A stretch of DNA of 64,000 bases, from contig CAVXRD010000002.1 in assembly GCA_963764165.1 (NCBI GenBank), forward strand, positions 1,632,001 through 1,696,000, written 5' to 3'. The notes under the pieces were generated by a model. The model made no database searches. It was not told where the DNA came from and was given only the letters and a program-made list of their open reading frames with translations. A program made the translations under genes and the position numbers. The DNA is from an uncultured Verrucomicrobiae bacterium. Lineage in GTDB: Bacteria; Verrucomicrobiota; Verrucomicrobiia; Limisphaerales; Palsa-1400. Shown here in pieces: positions 1 through 10,694 of this stretch (positions within the stretch are counted from its first letter, which is position 1; every line of letters begins with the position of its first letter).

Positions 1-79
1 CCGCCACAGAAGGGTTTACGAGCCTGCCGCAATTTGGACAAATCGAAGAATCCATGCCAGTGGCATCTGTCTTCTGCAT
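1..79 (-). CDS. N-terminus of a probable Ser/Thr protein kinase (partial, runs off the window start)
   Basis: The reverse strand from ATG 79 (or ATG 55) reads MQKTDATGMDSSICPNCGRLVNPSVA, open to the window edge, just downstream of the ECF sigma. A CPxCG start is typical of kinases encoded after this ECF type. The kinase domain itself is not visible. Confidence 0.5.
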   Translation of the reverse strand, partial: MQKTDATGMDSSICPNCGRLVNPSVA

Positions 80-126
80 ACTAGCCGGTTTCTCCCGAAC
101 GGTTGCCCACAATTCCACTCAATCGG

Positions 127-879
127 CTAGTCCAGCAGCATGCGCTTGAGATGTTGCAACTCATCTTCCAAGTCCAAAGGGTTGACCAGCGTTTCGAGAA
201 CCAGCCTTCGGAGAATCTCTCCGAATTGCTTGCGAAAATGGAATGCCTGCGCTTTGGCGGTGCCCTCGCTGACGTTCAATCTCCGGGCCAGCTCCGCGAT
301 GGGAATTTTGCCCTCCTCGAGCGTTAAAATGGGCTTGAGAATCGCGAAGGGGCCGGGCTTGCCTCGCTTTGCCCATTCTCCAGCCATCTCGGCCAGGGCG
401 CTCTCGAACAGCGCCACCGCGCAGGCGTGATCGTACGATTCCGCCGGCGTCTTTCCGTCCGACGCAGCGGCCACGGCGGCGCCAAGGTGATCGGCGTCAT
501 CAAATTCGACGTGCTCGTGATTGCCGCCGCGCTTTTGCGTGTGTTTCTTTTTCCAGGTCTGAATGACGTGATGGTGAAAGCACGTTGAGAGGAAATTGCG
601 GAATCGCCCTTTCGACGCTTCGGCGCCCGCCACCAAATCTTTTTCCACCAGCACAAGAAAAAAGCTCTGGATGGCGTCTTCCGCATCGTCATGGGAAAGC
701 CCGAGTCTGCGGGCGAACACGTAAATGGGATTGCGATAAATGGAAAATAAATGACCGAGCGCGTCCTGCTTGGAACTGGAATCAGGGCCGCCCGCATTCA
801 AGATGAGAGTCCACGAAGTGGGCGGGAACACCGAATTCGCGGCGGGGCGATTGCGTCCGTTTTGCCTTTCGTCGCTCAT
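127..879 (-). CDS. ECF-type sigma-70 factor (PVC type, usually kinase-associated)
   Basis: 250 aa. Has the FPPTSWTLIL N-terminal motif, region 2 (YRNPIYVFARR..DAEDAIQSFF..GRFRNFL) and a region 4 HTH (IAELARRLNVSEGTAK). Confidence 0.85.
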   Translation of the reverse strand: MSDERQNGRNRPAANSVFPPTSWTLILNAGGPDSSSKQDALGHLFSIYRNPIYVFARRLGLSHDDAEDAIQSFFLVLVEKDLVAGAEASKGRFRNFLSTCFHHHVIQTWKKKHTQKRGGNHEHVEFDDADHLGAAVAAASDGKTPAESYDHACAVALFESALAEMAGEWAKRGKPGPFAILKPILTLEEGKIPIAELARRLNVSEGTAKAQAFHFRKQFGEILRRLVLETLVNPLDLEDELQHLKRMLLD

Positions 880-1003
880 CGGGCGCGAGCCTAAATGGAT
901 GACAGCGCAGTGACAAGCGATTTTCGCGGCCCATCGCCGAGGGAATTCTCGCGGCGTTTCCCACAGCCTTGCGAGATGCGGAGTTCGCCGTTAGTGTGCG
1001 TCC

Positions 1004-3973
1004 ATGTGTGCCCGCGCCCGTGCCTGCATCCGCCTGAAGGGCGTGCGGCAAAACAACCTCAAGATCGGCCAATTGGACATTCCCCTGCGGAAATTGGTTG
1101 TCATTGCCGGCTTGAGCGGCTCGGGAAAAAGTTCCCTGGCCTTTGATACATTGTTCGCAGAGGGCCAGCGCCGCTACATCGAAACTTTTTCGCCCTACGC
1201 CCGGCAGTTCCTCGATCGAATGGACAAACCCCAGGCGGAGAGCATTGAAGGCATCCCGCCGGCCATCGCCATCGAGCAGCGCAATACCGTCCGCACGACC
1301 CGCTCCACGGTGTCAACAATGACCGATATTTCGGAATACGCGAAGGCCTTCTGGCCCCATGTGGCCAGGCTGCATTGCCGCCAATGCGGAAAGCAGGTGC
1401 AAAAAGATTCGCCGCAAACCATCTGGGCTTCGTATCTCAAACGATCGCCCGGCCACGAACTGCTGATCACCTTCACTCTTGCGCTGAGCGAGAAATTCGC
1501 GCTCGACGAATCGCTGGCGCTCATCTCGCGGCAAGGCTATCGGCGGTTGCTGGTGAAAGGCGCCGTGGTCATGCTGGAGGATGCCCCGGCAATTCTCGAA
1601 AACCAGCCGCAGGCATCCCTGACGGTTGTTCAAGACCGGGTAAAATTGGCCGATGCGAATCGTGCGCGGTTTGTCCAAGCCTGTGAACAGGCTTACCATT
1701 TCGGCGGCGGCAAACTGAGCCTCCGGGCCATTGAACCGGGACAGCGGGAGACTTCAGCCGAGGCGGCGGCATTTTCCAGCGGATTTCATTGCGCCGCTTG
1801 CGACATTGCCTACCCCGAGCCGAGCCCGGCCATTTTCAGTTTCAATCACCCGCTTGGGGCGTGCCCGTCCTGCCGCGGTTTCGGCAGAACCATTGCCATT
1901 GACTACGATTTGGCCGTGCCGGATTGGAGCAAAACGCTGGCCGAAGGCGCGGTCAAAGCGTGGCAGACTCCGGTCAATTCGCAGTGTCAGGCGGACATGA
2001 TGAAATTCGCCAAAAAGCGGCGCGTCCCAACCAATGTCCCCTTCCGCGAGCTTGAGCCAAAGTGGCGCGATTGGGTCATGTCGGGCGACGAAGGTTACGG
2101 CAGAGACGCGGCGCACAAATGGCCGCGCGCGTGGTACGGGGTGAAAGGCTTTTTCCGCTGGCTGGAGTCGAAGGCCTACAAAATGCATGTGCGGGTGCAA
2201 CTGGCCCGCTATCGGATGTATCAGCCTTGCCTGGCCTGCCACGGCACGCGTTTTCGCCCGGACACGTTATTATACAAGGCCGGAGAAACGACGCTTTCGG
2301 ATTTTTATCGGATGAGCGTCTCACGGGCCTTGGCTTTCATCCAATCTTTGGAACGAAATTGGACTCGAACTGGCGCTTCCGATCCGGTCGCGATGGCTTT
2401 GGAGGAGGTCGGTTCGCGCCTGGGTTATCTCGAAGCCGCCGGCGTTGGCTATTTGACTCTGGATCGCCCAACGCGGACGCTTTCAGGCGGCGAGACGGAA
2501 CGGGTCAATCTCACTGCCTGCCTCGGTTCGCGGCTGGTCAACACGTTGTTCGTTTTGGACGAACCAAGCGTCGGCCTGCACCCGCGCGACACCGCCCGAT
2601 TGGTGCGGTTGCTGCAAAAACTGCGCAACGCGGGCAACAGCGTCGTGGTTGTCGAGCACGAGGCGAGTGTGATGCGGGCGGCCGATCAAATCATCGAAAT
2701 CGGCCCGGGTCACGGCGAATCGGGCGGGAAAGTTGTTTTCCAAGGCGGATGCGACGAAATCATTGCCTCCGATGATTCGCTGACCGGCTCCTACCTGGCC
2801 GGACGCAAGCAAATGGATGCCGCGCCTCAACGCCCCGTTGCGGCTGGGCCCAAAGGCAAATTGATCCTGCGCCACGCCGGCCTGCACAACCTCAAGGACG
2901 TCACAGTGGAAATTCCGCTGGGGCGTTTCGTGTGCATTACCGGCGTCAGCGGCTCGGGCAAGAGCACGCTGATTACAGAAATTCTCGTTCCCGCGTTGCG
3001 CGAAAAACTGAATGACAGTGGTCGAATACCGGCTTCCGCCGAGGATGGCGGGGAGGAGGACGAATCGACACCCGAGAAATCCGGAGTCGGTTCGTCGGCG
3101 GCGGTTTTGGAAGGATGGGAGGGTCTTGGGCAGCTTATCTGCGTTGATCAATCGCCCTTGGGCCGGACGCCCCGATCCAATCCGGCGGTATATATAGGGG
3201 CGTTTGATCATATCCGCGCCTTCATGGCTCAGACCGAGACGGCGCGCCAGCGCGGGTTGAACGCCAGCTCTTTCAGCTTCAACTCCGCCCAAGGCCAATG
3301 TGAACGCTGCCGCGGAGCTGGATTCGAGAAGATCGAAATGCAGTTTTTGAGCGATGTCTTTGTCCGCTGCCCGGATTGCGATGGCCGCCGCTACCGCCCG
3401 CACATTCTGGACGTGACCGTCTCCGCCGACGACAAGACCGGAGCCAGCCGCCAGTGGAACATCGCCGATATGTTAAATGCTTCAGTTGATGAGGCGATCG
3501 GCTTCCTGAGCCGGTTTCCTGAATCGAGCCCGGCAGCTCAAGCTATTCGCTCGCTTGGCCTGTTGCAGGAGGTTGGGCTGGGTTACCTCCGCTTGGGCCA
3601 GCCTGTGAACACCCTCTCCGGCGGCGAATGCCAGCGCCTCAAGCTGGTGGAGCATTTGGCGCACGCAGGGCAAACAACGACAGTCGAATCTAAACCAATT
3701 ATGTTCGTATTCGACGAACCGACCACTGGGCTTCACTTCGACGATGTGCGGGTTTTGCTCAAAGCATTGCAGAAAATCGCTGGTAAAGGCCACACAGTTA
3801 TCGTTATCGAACATAATCTGGAAGTCATCCGTTCGGCAGATTGGTTGATCGATCTGGGGCCGGAAGCCGGAGAAGAAGGGGGACAAATTGTCGCAACCGG
3901 AACGCCTGCTAAAGTGGCTCAAAATGCCCGGAGTTATACCGGACAAGCCCTTGCTGGAACGTTGGTTGTGTGA
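1004..3973 (+). CDS. uvrA: Excinuclease ABC subunit A (UvrA family)
   Basis: Two Walker A motifs (GLSGSGKSS, GVSGSGKST), two LSGGE signatures, DEPS/DEPT Walker B motifs, CxxC zinc modules and the AEGQRRYIET motif. Confidence 0.93.
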   Translation: MCARARACIRLKGVRQNNLKIGQLDIPLRKLVVIAGLSGSGKSSLAFDTLFAEGQRRYIETFSPYARQFLDRMDKPQAESIEGIPPAIAIEQRNTVRTTRSTVSTMTDISEYAKAFWPHVARLHCRQCGKQVQKDSPQTIWASYLKRSPGHELLITFTLALSEKFALDESLALISRQGYRRLLVKGAVVMLEDAPAILENQPQASLTVVQDRVKLADANRARFVQACEQAYHFGGGKLSLRAIEPGQRETSAEAAAFSSGFHCAACDIAYPEPSPAIFSFNHPLGACPSCRGFGRTIAIDYDLAVPDWSKTLAEGAVKAWQTPVNSQCQADMMKFAKKRRVPTNVPFRELEPKWRDWVMSGDEGYGRDAAHKWPRAWYGVKGFFRWLESKAYKMHVRVQLARYRMYQPCLACHGTRFRPDTLLYKAGETTLSDFYRMSVSRALAFIQSLERNWTRTGASDPVAMALEEVGSRLGYLEAAGVGYLTLDRPTRTLSGGETERVNLTACLGSRLVNTLFVLDEPSVGLHPRDTARLVRLLQKLRNAGNSVVVVEHEASVMRAADQIIEIGPGHGESGGKVVFQGGCDEIIASDDSLTGSYLAGRKQMDAAPQRPVAAGPKGKLILRHAGLHNLKDVTVEIPLGRFVCITGVSGSGKSTLITEILVPALREKLNDSGRIPASAEDGGEEDESTPEKSGVGSSAAVLEGWEGLGQLICVDQSPLGRTPRSNPAVYIGAFDHIRAFMAQTETARQRGLNASSFSFNSAQGQCERCRGAGFEKIEMQFLSDVFVRCPDCDGRRYRPHILDVTVSADDKTGASRQWNIADMLNASVDEAIGFLSRFPESSPAAQAIRSLGLLQEVGLGYLRLGQPVNTLSGGECQRLKLVEHLAHAGQTTTVESKPIMFVFDEPTTGLHFDDVRVLLKALQKIAGKGHTVIVIEHNLEVIRSADWLIDLGPEAGEEGGQIVATGTPAKVAQNARSYTGQALAGTLVV

Positions 3974-4090
3974 CAATCTGGCTCAATTTTTCCACCGCTT
4001 ATTAGTATGACTCATAAATCTCGCAAATTGCTGCCCTGCAAAAGCTTTCAATCATGCGGCAAAAATGTTACAAATATTGACGGTCTTCCT

Positions 4091-4118
4091 TTGACAGAAA
4101 CTAATGATTATGTATTCT
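4091..4118 (+). promoter_or_regulatory. Sigma70-type promoter upstream of the rpoD-like gene
   Basis: TTGACA (4091-4096), 16-nt spacer, TATTCT (4113-4118), in an AT-rich intergenic region. Confidence 0.55.
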
Positions 4119-4243
4119 TTAGTGGCGCGGTCTTCTAAGTTTGAAGCAACAAAAAGAGCGAAAGCCCGCGTGTCTAATGACGCGGCCAACATTGCCGCAC
4201 GATTTTTATGAACCTTAACACGGATAGGCTGTCCCAATAAGAT

Positions 4244-6130
4244 ATGCTGCGAAAGAGACTTCATGGGGGAAATGCTCGCAAGAGTGGCTCCAAGCAAAAG
4301 CTGGAGAAGAAGGGGCGCGCCAAAGTAGCGCGTTTCACGTTGCAGAACAACGGCAAGAGCGCAACCCACAAAAACGGGCACAACGGCAAAAACGGGCGCT
4401 CGGCCAGCGAGTCCAAAGGCACTTTGCAGCCACCCCAGCCGCCGTCCTCCGCCGTTGCGGCCACTCCTGCGATCGTCAGCATCGAATCTCCGATCATCGC
4501 CGAAAAGGTCAAAGAACTGCTCCGCCTCTCGCAAGATCAAGGCTATCTGACCTACGACGATATAAATGACGCTCTTCCGGACGAGTTCGTTACGCCGGAA
4601 ATTCTCGACACCATTTATTCCAAGCTCCGCGGCTTTGAGGTCGAAATCGTGGAAGCACCCGATCTCGAGCGCGCCAAAACGCAACAAGCCGCCGAGCCGG
4701 AGGAAGAACAGCAGGAAGAACCCGGCCGGCTCGATATCCTGGACGACCCCGTTCAGATGTATCTCCGCCAGATGGGGAAGGTTCCGCTGCTGACCCGCGA
4801 GCAGGAAGTCCAGATTTGCAAGCGCATTGAAGAAGGCGAAACAGAAGCGCGCAAGATTCTGTTTGGCTTCGGCTTTACCGGCAAGGAGCATATCGCATTG
4901 GCTGAAAAGCTCTTGTGCGATCCCCCCCGCGAACGCTTCGACCGCGTGGTCGTCGACAAGAAAGTGGAAAGCCGCCAGTCGCATTTGACCGCCTTGCGCC
5001 GGCTGATCAAGCGCGCGCGTGAATTGGATCAGAAGCTCGACAAGACCTACGAGCAGATTCGCCACACGCACGGCAAAGCACCGTCCTCCACTTTGCTCTC
5101 GAACTATTCGAAGCTTGACAAGGCATTGCAGGCGACGTTCCCGAAGTTTTATTTCAAGCCGAAAGTGTCCGAGGAAATCATGGTTGTTTCGGACAATGTC
5201 GCCGATCAATTCAAGACGAGCCTTCGCACGATCGAGGAGTTGCAGCACCGCCGCAAGTCGGTCGCGACTACCACCCAGTTGACCGCCGAGCAGAGCAAGC
5301 TCGTGGCCCTGGAAAAATTCGTCCGCATGAGCTGCCAGGATTTCCTCAACGCCCATGCCTCGATGAAGAAGGCCGCCAGCCGGGCCGATGAAGCCAAATG
5401 CGAAATGGCCGCGGCGAACCTGCGCCTCGTGATTTCAATCGCCAAGAAGCACACCAACCGCGGCCTGTCGTTCCTCGATTTGATTCAGGAAGGCAACATG
5501 GGCCTGATGAAGGGCGTCGAGAAATTCGAATATCAGCGCGGCTACAAGTTTTCAACCTACGCCATCTGGTGGATCCGCCAGGCGATCACCCGCGCAGTGG
5601 CCGACCAGGCCCGCACGGTTCGCATCCCCGTTCACATGATCGAAGTCATCAACCGCCTCATGCGCGTGCAGAAGCGGCTGATGCAGGAGTTGGGCCGCGA
5701 AGCCGAGCCGGAAGAAATTGCCGACGAGCTGAACCTGCCGGTGGAACGCGTGCGCTCCATCTTGAAGATGGCGCAGCAATCCGTTTCCCTGCAAGCCCCG
5801 GTGGGCGATGGCGATGACGCCAGCGTGGGAGATTTCATCGAAGACAAGAAGGCCGCCAATCCTTCGGACGTCACCAGCTACAGCCTGCTCAAGGACACTT
5901 TGAGCGACGTCCTGGCCACCTTGACTGAGCGGGAGCGCAAGATTGTTGAAATGCGTTTCGGTTTGGTTGACGGCTACGAACGCACTTTGGAAGAAATCGG
6001 GCGTCAATACAACGTCACGCGCGAGCGCATCCGCCAGATTGAAGCCAAAGCGCTGCGCAAGATGCGCCACCCCACGCGCCTGCGCCACCTGCAAGGCTTC
6101 CTCGAAAACGAGGAAACGATCTTCCAGTAA
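4244..6130 (+). CDS. rpoD: Group 1-like RNA polymerase sigma factor (RpoD or a paralog)
   Basis: Region 1.1 ([11 protein letters not shown]), 1.2 ([20 protein letters not shown]), region 2 ([35 protein letters not shown]) and region 4 ([22 protein letters not shown]). Confidence 0.9.
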   Translation: MLRKRLHGGNARKSGSKQKLEKKGRAKVARFTLQNNGKSATHKNGHNGKNGRSASESKGTLQPPQPPSSAVAATPAIVSIESPIIAEKVKELLRLSQDQGYLTYDDINDALPDEFVTPEILDTIYSKLRGFEVEIVEAPDLERAKTQQAAEPEEEQQEEPGRLDILDDPVQMYLRQMGKVPLLTREQEVQICKRIEEGETEARKILFGFGFTGKEHIALAEKLLCDPPRERFDRVVVDKKVESRQSHLTALRRLIKRARELDQKLDKTYEQIRHTHGKAPSSTLLSNYSKLDKALQATFPKFYFKPKVSEEIMVVSDNVADQFKTSLRTIEELQHRRKSVATTTQLTAEQSKLVALEKFVRMSCQDFLNAHASMKKAASRADEAKCEMAAANLRLVISIAKKHTNRGLSFLDLIQEGNMGLMKGVEKFEYQRGYKFSTYAIWWIRQAITRAVADQARTVRIPVHMIEVINRLMRVQKRLMQELGREAEPEEIADELNLPVERVRSILKMAQQSVSLQAPVGDGDDASVGDFIEDKKAANPSDVTSYSLLKDTLSDVLATLTERERKIVEMRFGLVDGYERTLEEIGRQYNVTRERIRQIEAKALRKMRHPTRLRHLQGFLENEETIFQ

Positions 6131-6186
6131 GATTTCGGCTGAAGCGCCGGTAATTCCGCGGCGAAAAACGCAGCGGAGGAGAATTC

Positions 6187-6211
6187 AACCTCTGTCAAAC
6201 AGAGGTTTTTT
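6187..6211 (+). terminator. Intrinsic terminator after the rpoD-like gene
   Basis: Perfect 9-bp stem AACCTCTGT-CAA-ACAGAGGTT followed by a T run. Confidence 0.7.
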
Positions 6212-6684
6212 CCTGTGCGGGACTCACGACGGAATACTAGGCGCCTGGGTCCGCCGCCAGCCTGCATATAGGCGAGCCGGGATGTCGTGGTAGGGTGCGT
6301 CCTTCTTCCAGTTGGGGTTTCAAATGGCAAAATGGCCTGCCACCCCCAGCCTCCATTTGGGCTGCCCCGCCTCACGCGGGGTTGTTTCCGCCACTGCAGC
6401 CTCAAAATCGATATCCGCGCCAGCTGAAACGAGGAAAAAAAAGCGAAGCCGCATGCAGAGCGGAAACTGAGCGGCCACCCATTCCGTCAGCCGTCATTTC
6501 GACGCTGTCAAATAGAACTACATGGAAAACCCTGTAAAACAAACCGTTACGAACAGGCATCAGCTTTTCGCGCTGTCACATTAACGGGTTCCCGCAAAAC
6601 CCGGTACAACTTTCCCCCACGCCAATTACTTGATAGACCCTCATTGTCGCCCACCCCTGACGTGTGTTTGATTGATATAGAAAG

Positions 6685-6960
6685 ATGAAAAAGATGAATA
6701 AAGACAAAGTGCCAGCCAGTGGTTCCAATCCGCCCGGTGCGGATGGGCCGATCGAGTATGATTTTCGTCATCATCTGCATGACACGATCATTCTCCTCGG
6801 CGGGGAAAAGAAAATCGCGGATATGCTCGTCCGCTCCCAGGATTCGCACATCAAGAATTCGGACGTCGCCGAAGTGCGGCGATACAATGGTGTGTTAATC
6901 GACGAGACGAAAGACCGCCTCAATAACGTCCACAAAACGAAAGTGCGGCCAAAGCCATAA
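6685..6960 (+). CDS. Hypothetical protein (91 aa)
   Basis: ATG start after an AG-rich stretch, protein-like composition, no competing long ORF. No family recognised. Confidence 0.55.
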   Translation: MKKMNKDKVPASGSNPPGADGPIEYDFRHHLHDTIILLGGEKKIADMLVRSQDSHIKNSDVAEVRRYNGVLIDETKDRLNNVHKTKVRPKP

Positions 6961-6962
6961 AC

Positions 6963-7250
6963 TCATGGCTTCGGCGCGCAGGTCAGCCGGGGCTCCGCAG
7001 GAACAAGGGCGAAGGTCTCAGAGATTTCAAGTTCCTCGGTGCTCCGGCTGTGCTTCTGGCACATCGGGTAGACATAAACGTTCCTATCGTATCCCCCCGC
7101 GATCTGCACCAGAACCCCCACCACATCGCGATTCAAACAGCCAATGACCTGGCAATACTGCGTGGTCTGCTCGCTGAACTTCTCCCAATGCTTCAGCCAC
7201 GAACCGCAGGTGCAAGATTCGCGCGACGCGGAACTGGCAATAACTTTCAT
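6963..7250 (-). CDS. Small Cys/His-rich protein, putative zinc-binding (HNH/treble-clef-like)
   Basis: Pattern CTCGSWLKHW..YCQVIGC..VYPMCQKH. Likely start is ATG 7250; the ORF track starts at 7265. Confidence 0.65.
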   Translation of the reverse strand: MKVIASSASRESCTCGSWLKHWEKFSEQTTQYCQVIGCLNRDVVGVLVQIAGGYDRNVYVYPMCQKHSRSTEELEISETFALVPAEPRLTCAPKP

Positions 7251-7528
7251 GTATGCGTGGGGCAACGTAAATTTTTAATCCCTTATCGACCGCCAAGTCG
7301 AAATTTTGAGTGCGAGGCTAACAGTAGCCATCCGGCTGCGCACCCTGATTTTCGAGTACAGAACTCCCTTAGGTTAGGCATAATACGCCATGAAGAGCAA
7401 TACGAGAGTGAGTGATGGATGCAGCTCTTTAGGTGGAGCGCGCCTCACCCGCTTCTAATCACACCGCGCCGTCCCCGCCTATCGCTTTGGTGATTGATGT
7501 TTCGTTTTCAGAAGCCTAATTCTAGGGG

Positions 7529-9118
7529 ATGCCTCTTCACCGCAGACAGTTTCTAAAGCAGCTTGGTTTGGGAACGGCTGCTTTAACCGCGCCGTCGTGG
7601 CCGCTGCCGAGTTTTGCTGGGCCGGACTCAGGGAAAAAGCTTCCGCGCAGCGCTCCAGAAGAGCAGGGCGTTTCGTCGTCCGGAATCATCGCCTTTCTCG
7701 ACGCCATCGCCCGGAGCCAGCATGAGTTTCACGGTTTCATGGTCACGCGCAACGGCCATGTGATCGCGGAAGGCTGGTGGACACCTTACCGCGCCTCGGC
7801 CAATCACATGCTCTATTCGTTGAGCAAAAGTTTCACCTCCACGGCAATTGGGTTCGCCGTTTCGGAAGGGCGGCTCACGGTCAACGATTCGGTCACCTCA
7901 TTTTTTCCCAACGATCTGCCAGCGTCGATCAGCGAAAATCTGGCCGAGCTGAAGGTGAAGCATTTGCTGACGATGTCGGTCGGCCACGCCGCTGATTCCA
8001 CGCCTGTCATCAACAAAGAGGAAAATTGGGTGCGCGCTTTTCTTCGCTTGCCCATCGCGAATGCCCCCGGCAGCGCGTTTCTTTACAACAGCGGCGCGAC
8101 TTACATGCTCTCGGCCATTGTGCAAAAATTAACCGGGCAAAAGGTTATCGACTATTTGACGCCGCGATTGTTTGAGCCGCTGCGCATCGAGGGCGTCACT
8201 TGGGAAACCTGCCCGCGCGGCATCAACACCGGGGGCTGGGGCTTGAGCGTGCCGACGGAGGCGCTGGCGAAATTCGGCCAATTCTATTTGCAGAACGGCG
8301 TTTGGAACGAACGCCAAATTCTCCCCGCCGCGTGGGTGGATGAGGCGACCACGTTCAAAATTCAGCAGCCCGCGGGCAAGGATCAGGATTTGGAAAAAGC
8401 GAAACTCACCAGCGACTGGCTGCAAGGGTATTGCTACCAATTCTGGCGCTGCCGCCACAATGCCTTTCGCGGCGACGGCGCATTCGGCCAGTTCGACATC
8501 GTCATGCGCGACCAAAATGCGGTCGTCTCGATCAACTGCGAGACCAGCAACATGCAGTCGGAACTGGACTTGGTGTGGGATCATTTGCTGCCTGCGATGA
8601 AGGATGGCCCGGCGCCCTCTGATCACGCGGCGGCCAGGGAATTGCGCAAACGCCTCGCCTCTCTGGCTCTCCCGATGGCAGAAGGCAAAACAGATTCGCC
8701 AACGGCAGACATTATTTCCGGCAAAGCATTCAAAGTCGAGGCAAGCCCGAATGGCGCGGAGAGCTTTTCGTTGAAATTCAAGAAAGGCGCGTGCGAATTT
8801 GTTTTGACGGATGCGAAAAATTCCTACCCGATTTCGTGCGGATTGGGAAAATGGAACGAAGGCGTCTCGAATATGCCGAACACGCCGCCGAAAATCACAG
8901 TGGGCGATTTGCGCCCGGCCAAAGTCGCGGCCAGCGCCGCTTGGGCGGATGACCAGACATTCAAGATGCTCTGGCGCTTTTACGAGACCCCGCATTCCGT
9001 CGCCGTCACCTGCAAGTTCGACGGGAAGAACGCGAAGGTGGAATTTTTGAACAGCATCACCGCCCGCTCTTCTGCTCATCCGGAGCCGAACTTGGTGTTG
9101 CATGGCGCGTCCGCTTGA
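7529..9118 (+). CDS. Tat-exported serine hydrolase, beta-lactamase (class C-like) family
   Basis: Tat motif RRQFLK, SxxK motif (SLSK), FLYNS tyrosine motif, HLLTMS and GDGAFGQ. Confidence 0.85.
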   Translation: MPLHRRQFLKQLGLGTAALTAPSWPLPSFAGPDSGKKLPRSAPEEQGVSSSGIIAFLDAIARSQHEFHGFMVTRNGHVIAEGWWTPYRASANHMLYSLSKSFTSTAIGFAVSEGRLTVNDSVTSFFPNDLPASISENLAELKVKHLLTMSVGHAADSTPVINKEENWVRAFLRLPIANAPGSAFLYNSGATYMLSAIVQKLTGQKVIDYLTPRLFEPLRIEGVTWETCPRGINTGGWGLSVPTEALAKFGQFYLQNGVWNERQILPAAWVDEATTFKIQQPAGKDQDLEKAKLTSDWLQGYCYQFWRCRHNAFRGDGAFGQFDIVMRDQNAVVSINCETSNMQSELDLVWDHLLPAMKDGPAPSDHAAARELRKRLASLALPMAEGKTDSPTADIISGKAFKVEASPNGAESFSLKFKKGACEFVLTDAKNSYPISCGLGKWNEGVSNMPNTPPKITVGDLRPAKVAASAAWADDQTFKMLWRFYETPHSVAVTCKFDGKNAKVEFLNSITARSSAHPEPNLVLHGASA

Positions 9119-9131
9119 TTGACCTTGGAGC

Positions 9132-10661
9132 ATGGCCACGATTGTCCTCGCCACGCTGAACGCCAAATATATTCACGCCTCTTTCGGGCTGCGATATTTG
9201 CTGGTGAACATGGGCGCATTGCAGCCGGACACCTGCCTTCTCGAATTCGATCTTCAGCAGAAACCGGTGGACGTCGCCGAAGCCATCCTCGCGCGCGAGC
9301 CGAAAATTCTCGGACTCGGAGTTTACATTTGGAACGTCGCAGAAACCACCCAGCTTGTTGCCATCTTGAAACGTGTCTGCCCGGATCTCATCGTCATCTT
9401 GGGCGGGCCGGAGGTCAGTTACGAAAGCGAGCAGCAGGAAATCGTGCGCCTGGCGGATTACGTGGTGACGGGCGAGGCGGATTTGAAATTCGCTGGTGTG
9501 TGTGCGCAAATTTTGGCGGGCTCGCCACCTGTGGAAAAGATCATTGCCGCGGAAATTCCCGATCTCGCCAAAGTGGCGATGCCTTATCACTTATACACCG
9601 ATCAGGATGTGGCGCATCGGGTGGTCTATGTCGAGGCGTCACGTGGGTGTCCGTTTTCGTGCGAGTTCTGCCTGTCGTCGCTGGACATTCCTGTGCGGCA
9701 ATTTGCGCTGGCGCCGCTGCTGGCCGAAATGCAGCGGCTGCTGGATCGCGGCGTCAATCAGTTCAAGTTCGTCGACCGCACATTCAATCTCAATATCGCC
9801 AGCAGCAAGGCCATTCTTGAATTTTTTCTTGAACGCTGGCGGCCTGGATTATTCGTCCATTTTGAAATGATTCCGGATCGGCTGCCCGAGGCCTTGCGCG
9901 AGGTCATCTCCAAATTTGAACCCGGTGCGCTGCAATTCGAGGTCGGCATCCAGACCTTCAACGACGAGGTTTCCAAACACATCAGCCGCCGCCAGGATTA
10001 CGCGCGCTTGGAGGATAATTTTCGTTTTCTCCGCGGCTCAAGCGGCGTGCATGTCCACGCGGATTTAATTGTGGGCTTGCCCGGCGAAACAGTGGAAAGC
10101 TTCGCGGCGGGATTTGATCGGTTGATCGCGATGGGGCCGCAGGAAATTCAGGTCGGCATTCTGAAGAGGCTGCGCGGGACGCCCATTGTCCGGCACGACC
10201 AGCCATTCAAAATGGTTTACAGCCCGCATCCCCCTTACGAAATTCTCAGCAACAGCGTCCTGAATTTTTCCGCGCTGCAGCGCCTGCGCCGATTCGCGCG
10301 CCATTGGGATTTGGCCGGGAACAGCGGCAATTTCGTGGAATCAGCGCCGCTGATTTGGCGCGGGGCCGGCTCTCCATTTTCCGCCTTCATGCAATGGAGC
10401 GATTGGCTGGAATCGCGCGCCGGGCGGCGCCACGGCATCGCGCTGGCGCGGCTGGCGGAGTGGATCTTCGAGTATTTGACAACCGTGCGCGGGTTGCCGC
10501 CCGCCGAAACCGCGCAAGCCTTATGGCGGGACTGGCTGCGCGCCGGCCAGCGCGAGAAGCCCGCATTTCTTGTCCAATACTTGACAAATGTTCGCGTTGA
10601 AAAACGGCATTCAATTCCATCCGGCCCAAAACGGCAGGCGCGGCACATCGCGGTGACCTAA
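9132..10661 (+). CDS. Cobalamin-binding radical SAM protein (DUF4080-type C-terminus)
   Basis: B12-binding N-terminus (GVYIWN, LGGPEVS), CxxxCxxC motif ([10 protein letters not shown]) and [10 protein letters not shown]. Confidence 0.85.
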   Translation: MATIVLATLNAKYIHASFGLRYLLVNMGALQPDTCLLEFDLQQKPVDVAEAILAREPKILGLGVYIWNVAETTQLVAILKRVCPDLIVILGGPEVSYESEQQEIVRLADYVVTGEADLKFAGVCAQILAGSPPVEKIIAAEIPDLAKVAMPYHLYTDQDVAHRVVYVEASRGCPFSCEFCLSSLDIPVRQFALAPLLAEMQRLLDRGVNQFKFVDRTFNLNIASSKAILEFFLERWRPGLFVHFEMIPDRLPEALREVISKFEPGALQFEVGIQTFNDEVSKHISRRQDYARLEDNFRFLRGSSGVHVHADLIVGLPGETVESFAAGFDRLIAMGPQEIQVGILKRLRGTPIVRHDQPFKMVYSPHPPYEILSNSVLNFSALQRLRRFARHWDLAGNSGNFVESAPLIWRGAGSPFSAFMQWSDWLESRAGRRHGIALARLAEWIFEYLTTVRGLPPAETAQALWRDWLRAGQREKPAFLVQYLTNVRVEKRHSIPSGPKRQARHIAVT

Positions 10662-10694
10662 CTCGTTATTGATGCGGTGATGCAGTTGGGAATT

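Noticed and set aside
6212..6684. Riboswitch or known ncRNA downstream of the rpoD-like gene
   Set aside because: Short hairpins are present but I recognise no conserved RNA motif; an Rfam scan would be needed.
7529..10661. Serine hydrolase plus B12 radical SAM as a natural-product cluster
   Set aside because: No precursor peptide, synthetase or transporter nearby, and the hydrolase is Tat-exported while the radical SAM enzyme is cytoplasmic.
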